In this document: in pieces, positions 21,047 through 32,062 of the stretch
Position numbering within the stretch: the first letter of the stretch is position 1
How the letters are laid out: the number at the start of each line of letters is the position of its first letter
From: Miltoncostaeaceae bacterium
GTDB lineage: Bacteria > Actinomycetota > Thermoleophilia > Miltoncostaeales > Miltoncostaeaceae
DNA: 64,000 nt
Assembly (NCBI GenBank): GCA_963834875.1
Contig: CAWIDG010000025.1
Span: 61,593-125,592 of the forward strand
Reading direction: 5' to 3'
Made by a program: the position numbers and the translations under genes
The notes under the pieces: generated by a model
Databases searched by the model: none
Told to the model about the DNA's origin: nothing
Seen by the model: the letters and a program-made list of their open reading frames with translations, nothing else

Positions 21047-21980
21047 GTGCTGCTAGCGTCACCGGCCGTGGGGCGGCGGCCGAACTTCTTCATCCTCGGG
21101 GCGCCGAAGTGCGGGACCACGGCGCTGAGCGAGTACCTGCGCGATCACCCGAGGGCGTTCCTCTCGCAGCCCAAGGAGCCCCACTACTTCTGCGGGGACT
21201 TCGACTACTACTACGCGCCCGGGCAGCGGACCGAGGCGCACTACCTGCGCCTCTTCGAGGCGGCGACCGACGACCACCTGGCCGTCGGCGAGGCGTCGGT
21301 CTGGTACCTCTACTCGTCCGACGCGGCGCGCAACATCGCGGCCTTCGACCCGGCGGCGAGGGTCATCGTGATGCTCCGGAACCCCGTTCGACCTGGTGCC
21401 GTCGCTGCACTCGCAGCTCCTCTACATGCTCGACGAGGACGAGCCCGACCCCGCGCGGGCCTGGGAGCTCCAGGAGGCCAGGAGCCGGGGCGAGCGCCTG
21501 CCGCCGCGCGTGCGCGTGCCCGAGTTCCTCCAGTACGGCGAGGCGGCGCGCCTGGGCGCGCAGCTGCGGCGGGTCTACGAGGCCCTGCCGCGGGAGCAGG
21601 TCCTGACGCTCGTCTTCGACGACATGCGCGACGACACCGGCGCGGTGTACCGGCGGACGCTCGCGTTCCTCGGCCTCCCCGACGACGGCCGCGTCCACTT
21701 CCCCCGCGTCAACGAGAACAAGGTCCACCGGGCCGAGGCCGTCGCCCGCTTCACCCAGCGCCCCCCGGCGCCCCTCGTGAGCGTCGCCCGGGGGGTGAAG
21801 CGCGTGGCCGGCGTCGAGCGGCTTGGCGTGCTCGAGCGGGTGCGGCGCGGAAACCGCCAGGTCACCCGGAGGCGCGAGATCGACCCGGAGCTCGCGGCCG
21901 AGCTGCGCGACCACTTCCGCGACGACGTGGGCGAGCTGGGCGAGCTGATCGGACGGGATCTGAGCGGTTGGGTCTCCTGA
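21047..21980 (+). CDS. cytosolic-type sulfotransferase, apparent frameshift near 21386
   Basis: PNFFILGAPKCGTTALSEYLRDHP is the 5'-PSB loop. The first part ends ...VIVMLRNPV, then LVPSLHSQLLYMLDEDE... continues in ORF 21396..21980. An extra T in GTTCGAC accounts for the shift. The start is GTG 21047 or 21068. Confidence 0.8.
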
Positions 21981-22051
21981 GGGCGGGGCCGCGGCCCCGC
22001 CCGGTGGTACGCTCGACCGGTCCCGGTGAGCGGTCCGAAGGAGCCGACACG

Positions 22052-22336
22052 GTGCCGACCTACATCCTCCTCAGCACCCTCAGCCCGCACGGCGTGGGAA
22101 CCCTCAAGGCCAACCCCCAACGCCTCCTCGAGGTGAACGCCGAGGTCGAGCAGATGGGGGCGAAGGTGGTCGAGCAGTGGGCGGTGCTCGGGCCCTACGA
22201 CTTCGTGAACATCGTCGAGGCCCCGGACGAGAAGGTGATCGCGCGCGTCTCGGTGGAGCTCGGCGCCCGCGGCACGGCGCACTTCCAGACGTTGACGGCG
22301 ATCCCCGTCGACGAGTTCCTGTCGCTCCTGAAGTGA
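22052..22336 (+). CDS. GYD-domain protein (94 aa)
   Basis: VPTYILLSTLSPHGVGTLKANPQRLLEVNAEVEQMGAKVVEQWAVLGPYDFVNIVEAPDE is the GYD-family pattern. The RBS is GAAGGAG. Confidence 0.8.
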   Translation: MPTYILLSTLSPHGVGTLKANPQRLLEVNAEVEQMGAKVVEQWAVLGPYDFVNIVEAPDEKVIARVSVELGARGTAHFQTLTAIPVDEFLSLLK

Positions 22337-22554
22337 GCACGCCCCGCCGGCGCCTGCTGATCGCGGGCGGCATCCTCGGGCTGGCGCTCTCCCCGCAGGC
22401 ACGCCGGGCCGGGATCGAGCTCCGCGCGCGCGCCGCCCGCCTCGGGCGCGGAACGGGCGACCCGGTCACGCCGTTCCAGCAGGCCCCGTGCTATGAGCAC
22501 GACCGCGCCGAGGCGCGCGCCGCCGGCTCGGCCCGGACGGAGGCCGCGCCCTAG
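22333..22554 (+). CDS. hypothetical 73-aa protein
   Basis: The GTG overlaps the GYD stop (GTGA). The N-terminus STPRRRLLIAGGILGLALSP is signal/Tat-like. There is no homology support. Confidence 0.3.
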   Translation: MSTPRRRLLIAGGILGLALSPQARRAGIELRARAARLGRGTGDPVTPFQQAPCYEHDRAEARAAGSARTEAAP

Positions 22555-22558
22555 GACG

Positions 22559-23257
22559 ATGTGGCGCGCGGAGGTCCTCGTCCCCGCGCACCGGATCGTC
22601 TTCGCGCTGACCGGGGACGAGGTCGTCGAGCTGCGCGGATCGAGCACCTTCGGCACCTTCGGCGCCTACGGGGGCCTGCCGGACGCCGTCCACGGGATGA
22701 TCGCCTGGCCGAACACGGTGCTGCTGACCGGCCCTGAGCACGTGATCGTCGACCCCGGCTACCAGACCCAGGGGGACATGCTCGTGGGCGCGCTCGCCGC
22801 GCGCGGCCTCTCGGCGGACGACGTCCGCACGGTCCTCGCCACCCATCTGCACTCGGACCACGTCTCGGCGCTGCCGCAGCTCGGCGAGGTCGACCTCCAC
22901 GTCCACGAGGCCGAGCTCGCGACGCCGCACGCCCGCGCCGGGCGCGGCTGGCGCGACCGGGCGGCGGAGCGGCCGTTCTCGGGCGCCTCGGGCGAGGTGC
23001 TGCCGGGGGTGCGCTGGATCCACACGCCCGGCCACACCGACGGCCACGTCGCGTTCCTGGTGCAGACGGCCGACGGCGTCGTCGCGATCGCCGGCGACAC
23101 TCCCGGCCCCGACCCCTCGTGGTTCGCGGAGGGATGGCTGCCCGACGACCACGACCGCCGCGACGAGCACCTGGCCGCCTTCCGGGCGATCCGGGACGCC
23201 GGGGCGACCGTGCTGATCCCGGGCCACAACCCGCCCGCGCCGATCGTCGCCGGCTGA
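22559..23257 (+). CDS. MBL-fold metallo-hydrolase
   Basis: VLATHLHSDHVSAL (HxHxDH), TPGHTDGHVAF and LIPGHN are present. Confidence 0.85.
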   Translation: MWRAEVLVPAHRIVFALTGDEVVELRGSSTFGTFGAYGGLPDAVHGMIAWPNTVLLTGPEHVIVDPGYQTQGDMLVGALAARGLSADDVRTVLATHLHSDHVSALPQLGEVDLHVHEAELATPHARAGRGWRDRAAERPFSGASGEVLPGVRWIHTPGHTDGHVAFLVQTADGVVAIAGDTPGPDPSWFAEGWLPDDHDRRDEHLAAFRAIRDAGATVLIPGHNPPAPIVAG

Positions 23258-23290
23258 CGCGCGGGCAGGGGACCCCCCGGCCCGCGTCGA

Positions 23291-23719
23291 ATGGCGCAGC
23301 GTTCGTCCCCGGCACCGGAGGGCCTCATGTTGCGATCCATCACCCGTGAGCAGAGGATGCTCGGCGCCGCGGCCGCGAACGTCCTCTTCCTCATCTGCCT
23401 CTTCTTCCCCTGGTACGGGATCGGCGACGTTGACGCCGACGGCCAGGACGTGATCCCGTCGTGGTGGCTCATGCTGATCTTCGCGGCCGTGGCCGCCGTG
23501 ATCTTCGTGGCCGACGCCTACAACTTCGAGCTCCCGGCGGTCGTCAACCCCACCCTGTTGGCGGCCTACCTGACCTCCGTGACCTTCATCGTCACGCTGA
23601 TGGTGTTCCTGGACGGGTTCGGCGCGGCGGGCCGCAAGTTCGGCGTCTGGCTGGGCCTGATCTTCTCGCTCGTGGCGACCGTGCTGGCGGTGCTGCACGC
23701 CCGCGAGGAGGCGCGTTAG
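23291..23719 (+). CDS. 4-TM membrane protein (FFPWY family, paralog of 20279..20731)
   Basis: VLFLICLFFPWYG is followed by three further TM helices. The layout matches the 20279 gene. Confidence 0.6.
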   Translation: MAQRSSPAPEGLMLRSITREQRMLGAAAANVLFLICLFFPWYGIGDVDADGQDVIPSWWLMLIFAAVAAVIFVADAYNFELPAVVNPTLLAAYLTSVTFIVTLMVFLDGFGAAGRKFGVWLGLIFSLVATVLAVLHAREEAR

Positions 23720-23756
23720 ACTCGCGCCTCGCGTCTCAGGGAAAAGGGGGCGGGCA

Positions 23757-24004
23757 GTGGCACTCGTCGACGACGTCCGTGACTACGCGCAGCGCGCGAG
23801 CGACGCCGCCAAGAAGGGCGTTTCCACGGCGCGCAACAAGGGCCAGGGGGTGAACCTGAAGCGGAAGCAGAGCGCGCTCGCGGCCGACCTCGGCCGCATC
23901 GTGTTCCGCCAGCGCGAGGGCGAGACGGGCCTGGACGCCGAGATCGACCGGCTGGTGTCGGAGATGCGCGGCGTGCGCGCGGAGATCGAGGCGCTCGACG
24001 AGGC

Positions 24005-24008
<4 letters not shown>
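23757..24008 (+). CDS. small coiled-coil protein (83 aa)
   Basis: The composition is balanced and charged ([17 protein letters not shown]...[22 protein letters not shown]). A G-rich RBS precedes the GTG start. Confidence 0.5.
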
Positions 24009-25016
<1,008 letters not shown>

Positions 25017-25022
25017 GCGGGC

Positions 25023-25671
25023 TCATCCGACGCGGCGGTAGCGGTAGTGGGCGACCGCGCCGGAGGCGACCAGGCGGGTCGCGCTCGTAGCGCTCCTGCC
25101 AGCCGGGGGGCAGGTCGAAGAGCCGCGCGCCGGAGCCCAGCAGCACCGGCACGACGTGCACCTCGAGCAGGTTGACCAGCCCGGCCGCCAGGTACTGGCC
25201 GATCGCGTCGGCGCCGCCGGCCAGGTTGATGTCCCGGTCGCCGGCGACGTCGACCGCCTGCTCGAGGGCGCGCTCGATGCCCTCGGTGACGAAGTGGAAG
25301 GTCGTGCCGCCCTCCATCTCGAGCGGCTCGCGCGGGTGGTGGGTCAGGACGAAGACCGGCGTGTGGTACGGCGGGTCCGGCCCCCACCAGCCGGTCCACG
25401 GGTCCCGCTCGTCCCAGGGCCCGGGGCCGCCGCCGAACATGTTGCGCCCCATGATCGTGGCCCCCAGGTCGGCGAAGGTCTCGGCCAGGACGTCGTCGTC
25501 GAGCCCGGTCTCGCCGCCCTCGCGCCCCTGCACGCGGTTGAAGGTCCGGAGCGGGAAGGCCCACTCGTGCAGCGCCTCGCCGCCCACCCCGAGCGGGTCG
25601 TCGACGCTCTGGTCCGGCCCGGCGACGTAGCCGTCGAGCGACATCGTGATCCCCACGCGCAGGCGCGCCAT
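25023..25671 (-). CDS. RibD C-terminal / dihydrofolate-reductase-like family protein, apparent frameshift near 25065
   Basis: [22 protein letters not shown]...IMGRNMF...VFVLTHH...[38 protein letters not shown]. The expected tail [16 protein letters not shown]-stop lies in another frame. Confidence 0.75.
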
Positions 25672-25744
25672 GACCGCCTCCCTCGTCGGTGTCGAACCTT
25701 CGACCGCCGCGCCCGGCCGAATTCATCGCCGGGCCGCCGGGAGC

Positions 25745-27522
25745 CTACGGCCGCCGCGGCGGCGGCTTCATGGTGACGCTGCGGACCAGGCCCGAGGTGC
25801 CGAACCGGCTCCGCGCCTCGACGGTGACCTGCACGGCGCCGGACACGATCGACCGGCCGCGGCGGCGGTCCCACGCGATCGTCGTGCGCCCCGGCCGCGT
25901 GAGGCGGTTGCGGGCGAGCGTCGCGAGCGTGGCCCCCGAGGCCGACAGCACCCGCACGGTGACGCGGGCGGGGCGCAGCAGGCGGAAGCCGACCGCCAGC
26001 CGGGCCCGCGCCCGGCGCCCGGCGCCGCTCACCGAGGGCCGCGCGGTCAACGCCGAGAGCGTCCGGTCGAAGATCACGCGGCGGCGCTGCTCGGTCTCGC
26101 CGCTGTTGTCGTCCGGCGTGAACCTGGCGACGACCACGTAGACGCCGTCGCCCAGGCGCAGCCGCTTGGGGTCGACGTTGACCTTGACGGCGCCGGGGCC
26201 GAGCCGCCCCTGCCAGAGCCGCTTCGTCGGCCGCCCCGTGCGCTTGGCGATCGTCACGGTGGCGACCCCGGGCGCCGGCGAGCGCACGACCTCGGTGGCG
26301 CGGTCGTCGACGTGGTCGCCGTTGGCCGACAGGCGGAAGGGGAGCGGCTGGAGGGTGACGCCGCTGTAGGAGAGCAGGAGCACGTCCGAGAGGCTGCGCG
26401 GCGAGGACCACGGGATCACGAGGTCGGTCCCGATGGCGAGCTGGGCGCTGCCCCCGGCGTCCATCGCGAAGGCGGTCTGCGCGCCGAGCGAGGTCATCAG
26501 GCCGGCCTGGTCCGCGGCCGTCATGCCCGGGCTCCCCTGGGACGGGCCCTCGGCGGTCACGAGCAGCAGCGAGCCCTGGGCCGTCTGGCCGACGGCCGAG
26601 CGCGAGGTGCGCGCGTCGAGTTGCGACGAGGTGTAGCCGCTCGACGGGCGCGGCACGGCGGCGCCGCCGCTCACGAGCGCGGGCCCCCCGCCGATCGCGT
26701 TCAGCGCGTCAGGGGGCAGGCCGAGGAGACCGGGGGTCAGGGCGACCGGCTGGCCGAGGGGGAACTCGGCGACCAGCGGCGGCCCGGACGAGCCGACCCC
26801 CGCCAGCACCACGTTGCCGGGGGCGATCGCCATCCCGCCGCCCTGCGCCGCCGCCACGACGGTGCCCGTGCGCGGGAGGTTGGGCGTGAGCGGCGCCGGG
26901 CTGGTCGAGCCGCACGCTCACCTCGTAGACCGATCCGGACGCCGGGGTGGTCGCGCCGAAGGCCGGCGTGTAGAGGATCGTCTCGCTGCCGCGCAGGGGC
27001 GGCCGGTTGATGCCGCCGAAGGCGCGGATCGCGAAGCGGCGGACGCCGGTCGGGTCGACCGCCTGGAACCTCCCCTGGAGCACCAGCCTGGCCGAGGCCA
27101 GCACGCCGGTCGACGGCAGCACCGAGTGCCGGGCGGCTCGCCTCGGGCTCGTGGATCAGGTCGCCGCCGATCAGCAGCACCCCACTCGGGGAGTTGGTGT
27201 CGTAGCTGAAGAAGTCGCCGTTCATCCCGGCGACGACGCCGGAGTTCAGCCGTGCCCCGACGGCGTCGGTGAGCGGCCCGCGCCGCACCGGAGAGCCCGC
27301 GGCCAGCGCGGGTGCGAGGCCGATCCGCGGCGAGGGCCCCGCCCGCACGACGTGCACGACCTGGCCCGAGTCCTGCACCTCGCGCTGGTAGCCGATGCCG
27401 GGCGCCACCTGGACCACCGACGGCGGCTTGGGCGGCGGCAGGGCCTCGACCGGGCCCTGCCCGAGGGCGGGAGCCGACCCGGCGGCGAGCGCCACGAGGG
27501 CGAGGGGGAGCGCGCGCCTCAT
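25745..27522 (-). CDS. secreted phosphodiester glycosidase (NAGPA/DUF2233-like) protein with a C-terminal Ig-like region, 2 apparent frameshifts
   Basis: The signal peptide is MRRALPLALVALAAGSAPALG. GMNGDFFSYDTNSPSGVLLIGGDLIH lies in frame a, FAIRAFGGINRPPLRGS...YEVSVRL in frame b, and GGGPALVSGG...SAVGQTAQGSLLLVTAEG...AFAMDAGGSAQL in frame c. The junctions lie at about 27125 and 26870. Confidence 0.7.
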
Positions 27523-27581
27523 CCCGGGCACCCAATCATGCGCCCCCGGCGACGCCCAAGCCGGCCGGGCGGGGCCGGGTG

Positions 27582-27662
27582 TGCCAATTGGCCAACGACC
27601 GCGCGGCCAAGTGGCCGATGCGCGTTCGGCCAAGTGGCCACAGAGCGCGCGGCCAATTGGCC
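27582..27662. repeat. four-unit phased array of the GGCCAA(G/T)TGGCC palindrome, exact 23-bp period
   Basis: The units are 27582-27593 (TGCCAATTGGCC), 27605-27616 and 27628-27639 (GGCCAAGTGGCC), and 27651-27662 (GGCCAATTGGCC). Their centres are 27587.5, 27610.5, 27633.5 and 27656.5, and each spacer is 11 nt. The array lies between divergent start codons at 27522 (-) and 27681 (+). Confidence 0.9.
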
Positions 27663-27680
27663 GTCTGCGACACTGACGGC

Positions 27681-28833
27681 GTGGTCGTCGCGGTGATCCT
27701 GCTGGCGGTCGCGGTCCTCGCGCTGACCGGCGCGGCACTCGTCCTCGTGTCCCGTTCCCGCGCCGAGGCCCGGCGGGCGCGCGAGCGGGCCGCGCGGGCC
27801 GAGGCCGAGCTGGCCGTCGCCGAGCGGCGCGGCCGGCAGGTGTTGCAGGACCTCCCGTTCGTCGCCCTGCGGGTCGACCGCGAGGGGCGACTGGTGGAGG
27901 CGAACCCCGTCGCGCTGGAGCGCTTCCCCTTCCTCGTCGCCGGGATGACGGTTCTCGAGGCCTTCAGCGAGCACAGCCTGGCGCGGCACGTCGACGAGGC
28001 CCTCGCGGGCCTTTCCCGCCAGAGCTTCGAGGTGCGCCTCTTCGCCGGCGGGCGCCGCACCTACCGCGCCGCCGTCGAGCCGTACGAGGTCGGGGAGGCC
28101 CGCGAGGCCCTGGTCTTCCTCACCGACCACAGCGAGGCGGTCGCCTACCAGGAGCTGCGCTCGCAATTCGTCGCCAACGTCTCGCACGAGCTGCGCACCC
28201 CGCTGACGGGGCTGCGGGGCCTGCTCGAGGCGCTCGACGACCCGCAGATGGACCCGGAGACGCGGCGGCGACTTCGTCGCGCGCGCCGCGAGCGAGACCC
28301 AGCGGCTGGAGGCGCTGATCACCGACATCCTGTTCCTGTCGGAGCTGGAGACGACCCCGGGGCTGCCCTCGTCCTCGCGCAGCGACCTGGCCCAGGCCGC
28401 CGCCGTGACCGTCGCCGACCTGCAGGGCGTCGCCGAGGAGCACGGCGTACACCTCGGGCTCGACGCCCCTGGCCCGGCCTGGACCCCGCTGACCGACCGC
28501 ATGGCCGCCACCGTGGTGCGCAACCTGGTGGAGAACGCGGTCAAGTACGCAGGCCCCGGGGCGACGGCGACGACGACGGTGCGGCGCGAGGACGGTGCCG
28601 TGACCCTGACGGTCGCCGACGACGGCGGGGGCATCCCCGAGCGCGACCTGCCGCACGTGTTCGAGCGCTTCTATCGCGCCGACCCCTCGCGGTCGAAGCG
28701 CCTCGGCGGCACCGGCCTCGGCCTGTCGATCGTCAAGCACATCGCGGAACGGTTCGGCGGGCGGGCCGAGGCCTCCTCCCGCGAGGGGTTCGGGACGACC
28801 GTGACCGTGACCCTCCCCGCGGAGAGGCCGTGA
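27681..28833 (+). CDS. PhoR/SenX3-like sensor histidine kinase (TM-PAS-HisKA-HATPase), apparent frameshift near 28268
   Basis: The N-terminal TM is VVVAVILLAVAVLALTGAALVLV, followed by a PAS-like segment. The H-box is FVANVSHELRTPLTGL. After DPETRRR the reading continues in ORF 28405 frame text (DFVARAASETQRLEALITDILFLSELE...NLVENAVKY...DDGGGIPE...GGTGLGLSIVKH). No response regulator is adjacent. Confidence 0.85.
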
Positions 28834-28853
28834 TAGCGTCCCGCGCCGCCGCA

Positions 28854-29994
28854 ATGGCCGTTCCCCTGATGGACATCAAGGCCCAGTACGGGCCGCTGCG
28901 GGCCGAGATCGACGCCGCCATCGCCGCGCGTCCTCGAGAGCGGCCGCTTCATCCTCGGCCCCGAGGGCCAGGCCCTCGAGGCGGCCGTCTCCGAGCGGCT
29001 CGCGGGCCGCCCCGCGGTGGGGGTCGCCAACGGCACCGACGCCCTCGTCATCGCGCTGCACGCCCTGGACATCGGCGCGGGCGACGAGGTCGTGACGACG
29101 CCCTACACCTTCTACGCGACGGCGGAGGCCATCGCCCGGGTGGGCGCCACGCCGGTCTTCGCCGACATCGACCCGGTCACCTACTGCCTCGACCCGGCGG
29201 CCGCCGAGGCGCGGATCGGCCCGGCGACGAAGGCGATCCTGCCGGTGCACATCTTCGGCCACCCGGCCGACATGACGGCGATCCGGTCGCTCGCCGAGGC
29301 CCACGGCCTGGCCGTCGTGGAGGACGCGGCCCAGGCGTTCGGCGCGCGCACGGCCGACGGCGAGGTGGGGACGCTCGGCGACGCCGCGACATTCAGCTTC
29401 TTCCCGACCAAGAACTTCCCCGGCATGGGCGACGGCGGCATGGTCGTCTGCCGCGACGAGGCGCTGGCCGAGCGCGTCCGCCGGCTGCGCTTCCACGGCT
29501 CGGCCGACAAGGTGGTCTTCGACGAGGTCGGCTACAACTCGCGCCTCGACGACCTCCAGGCCGCGATCATCCGCGTCTTCTACCCCCACCTGGACGACTG
29601 GAACGCGCGCCGCGCCGAGGCCGCCGCCTGGTACGCCGCCGACGGCCTCGGCGACCGGATGGCGCTTCCCGGGGTCGCGGCCGGCGCCCGCCACATCTAC
29701 CACCTCTTCATGGCCCGCCACCCCCGGCGCGACGAGGTGCGCTCCGCGCTCGCGCGGGCCGGGGTCGGCAGCGCCGTGTACTACGGCATCCCGATGCACC
29801 TGCAGCCGGTCTTCGCCCACCTCGGGTACTCCGAGGGCGACCTGCCGGTGGCCGAGGAGTGCGCCCGCACGGCCCTCGCGCTGCCGATGCACCCCAACCT
29901 GAGCCGCGAGGACGTCGCCGCGGTGGTCCGCGCCGTCGAGGGGGCGCTGGACGATCGACCGGTCGCGGCGCCGAGCGGGGGTCAGGCCGCCTGA
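28854..29994 (+). CDS. DegT/DnrJ/EryC1/StrS-family PLP aminotransferase (PglE-like), apparent frameshift near 28925
   Basis: MAVPLMDIKAQYGPLRAEIDAAI is in one frame. VLESGRFILGPEGQALE...GVANGTDALVIALHALDIGAGDEVVTTPYTFYATAEAI...SFFPTKNFPGMGDGG follows in the frame of ORF 29017..29994. Confidence 0.88.
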
Positions 29995-31012
29995 GCCAGG
30001 GCGCCCGCCCGGCGGGCGCTGAGGTGACCGGCGGCGTGGAGCCAGCGGACGGTGTCGCGGATCGACTCCTCCGGGGGCCGGAACGACACCCCGAGATCGC
30101 GGGCCGTGGAGGAGGCGTCCAGGGGCCCGTCCTGGGAGGCGAGCCAGGCGGCCTCCCGCGTCGGCAGCAGGTCGATGCCGACCCGGGCCAGCGCCTGGCC
30201 GGCCACGGCGCTCGCGGCGGCGACGGGCGCGGGGACGGTCACGAGCCGGCAGGCGGCGCCCGGTGAGCCGCACCGCGGTGCGCATGATCTCGGCGACCGG
30301 CAGGTTGCCGCCCCCGACCGGCGTATCGCCGCGCGCCGCGCCCGGGCACGGCCAGCGCGGCGTGGACGGCGGCCAGGTCCCGAACGTCGCTGACCGCCAG
30401 CGTTCCGGGGGCCAGCGCCGGCAGGCGGCCCGCGAGCGCCAGGAGCGCCAGGCGCGACGTCTCGCCGAGGTGCGGGTCGTGCGGGCCCCAGACCATCCCG
30501 GGGTAGGTGATCGCGACCGGGGCGCCCCGCTCCTGCAGGTCCCGCGCGATCCTCTCGGAGGCGGCCTTCGAGGCGCAGTAGGGCACCGTGGCGGTGCCGA
30601 TCGGCGAGTCGCCGTCGAGGGGGCGCTCCGAGCGGCGCGGCAGCAGGGCGGCGTAGCTCGAGACGTGGACGATCGGGTCGAGCCGGGCCTCGGCCGCCGC
30701 CCCCAGCACGGCCTCGGTCCCGGCGGCGTTGACGCGCTTCATCTCGTCGGCGCGCCGCGGGTCGAGCGACCAGACGCTCGCGACGTGGACGACGGCGTCG
30801 CAGCCCGCGATCGCCTCCCGCACGGACGCGCGGTCGGTGACGTCGCCGACGGCGACCTCGACGCCGGCAGGATCGACGCCGACGGGCCCGAGCGCCGGGG
30901 CGATCCGGTCCCGCGAGCGCACGAGCAGGCGGAGCTCGTTCCCGGCCCCGAGCAGCGCGGCGGCCGTATGACAGCCGACGAAGCCGGTGCCGCCGGTCAC
31001 GAGGATCCGCAT
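29982..31012 (-). CDS. NAD-dependent epimerase/dehydratase (SDR), 2 apparent frameshifts (about 30320 and 30240)
   Basis: MRILVTGGTGFVGCHTAAAL...VHVSS...PYCASKAASE lies in ORF 30239..31012. The middle piece VGGGNLPVAEIMRTAVRLTGRRLP lies in a second frame. The tail ...FRPPEESIRDTVRWLHAAGHL lies in ORF 29982..30242. Confidence 0.8.
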
Positions 31013-31042
31013 CGCGGCCGAGCGTACCTAGACTCGGCGCCG

Positions 31043-32062
31043 GTGCGGGTCTGGGTCAACATCACGAACTCGCCTCACGCGGTCATCTTCCGCCCGCTGA
31101 TCGCGCGGATGCGCGACCGCGGCCACGAGGTGACCGTGACCTCCCGCGAGTTCGCCCAGACCGTCGGGCTGCTCGACCGCTTCGGCATCCCCCACACGGT
31201 CGTGGGCGCGCATGGCGGGGCCTCGCGACGCGGCAAGGCACTCGCGATGGCGGGCCGCTCGGCCGCGCTCGCCCGCCTCGCGCGGGAGGAGCGCTTCGAC
31301 CTCGCCGTCGCCCACGGCAGCACCGACCAGCCGGCCGCTGCCCGTGTCGCCGGCACCCCGCAGGTGACGATGTTCGACTACGAGTTCGCCGCGGCGATGC
31401 ACCACTGGAACGGCCGCCTGGCGAGCCGGGTGCTCGTGCCGGCGGCGATCCCCGAGGAGGTCCTGTCGCGCTACGGCATGCGCCCGCCGCGCCTGGTCCG
31501 CTATCCGGGGCTGAAGGAGGAGTACTACCTCGCCGACCACGCGATCGACCCGGCGGTGGGGGACGAGCTGGGCCTGGATCGCGGGCGGATCCTCGCCGTC
31601 GTGCGCCCTCCGCCCGAGGTCACCCTGTACCACCGCGGCGCCGGCACCGACCTCTTCGCCGCCACCCTGGCCCGGCTGCTCGCGGCGCCGGAGGTGCAGA
31701 CCGTGGTGCTGCCCCGCACCGAGGAGCAGCGGCGGGCGCTCGCGGGAGGCCCGGCCGTCGTGCCCGAGCGGGCGATCGACGGGCCGAGCCTCGTGGCGGC
31801 GGCGGACCTCGTCGTGAGCGCCGGGGGCACGATGAACCGCGAGGCCGCCGCGCTGGGGGTGCCCGCCTACACCCCGTTCGCCGCGCGGCTGGGCGCGGTC
31901 GACCGGCTGCTCATCGCCGAGCGCCGCCTGAACCGGCTCGAGCGCCCCGAGGACGTCGCGCTCCGCCGCCGCGACCGGGGCCCGGCGCCGCCGTTGCGCG
32001 ACCCCGAGGCACTCGTGGACCTGATTCTCGACGCCCCCCGCGCTAGGGTGCCTGCCACGTGA
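31043..32062 (+). CDS. DUF354-family protein (GT-B-like fold)
   Basis: VRVWVNITNSPHAVIFRPLIARMRDRGHEVTVTSREFAQTVGLLDRFGIPHTVVGAHGG...VAHGSTDQ...MFDYEFA is the pattern I recognise as DUF354. Confidence 0.75.
   Translation: MRVWVNITNSPHAVIFRPLIARMRDRGHEVTVTSREFAQTVGLLDRFGIPHTVVGAHGGASRRGKALAMAGRSAALARLAREERFDLAVAHGSTDQPAAARVAGTPQVTMFDYEFAAAMHHWNGRLASRVLVPAAIPEEVLSRYGMRPPRLVRYPGLKEEYYLADHAIDPAVGDELGLDRGRILAVVRPPPEVTLYHRGAGTDLFAATLARLLAAPEVQTVVLPRTEEQRRALAGGPAVVPERAIDGPSLVAAADLVVSAGGTMNREAAALGVPAYTPFAARLGAVDRLLIAERRLNRLERPEDVALRRRDRGPAPPLRDPEALVDLILDAPRARVPAT

Noticed and set aside
27582-27662. Regularly spaced repeats considered as a CRISPR array.
   Set aside because: The repeat is only 12-13 nt with 11-nt spacers and 4 units. 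It is palindromic without a loop, and there are no cas genes. The dimensions are far outside CRISPR ranges.
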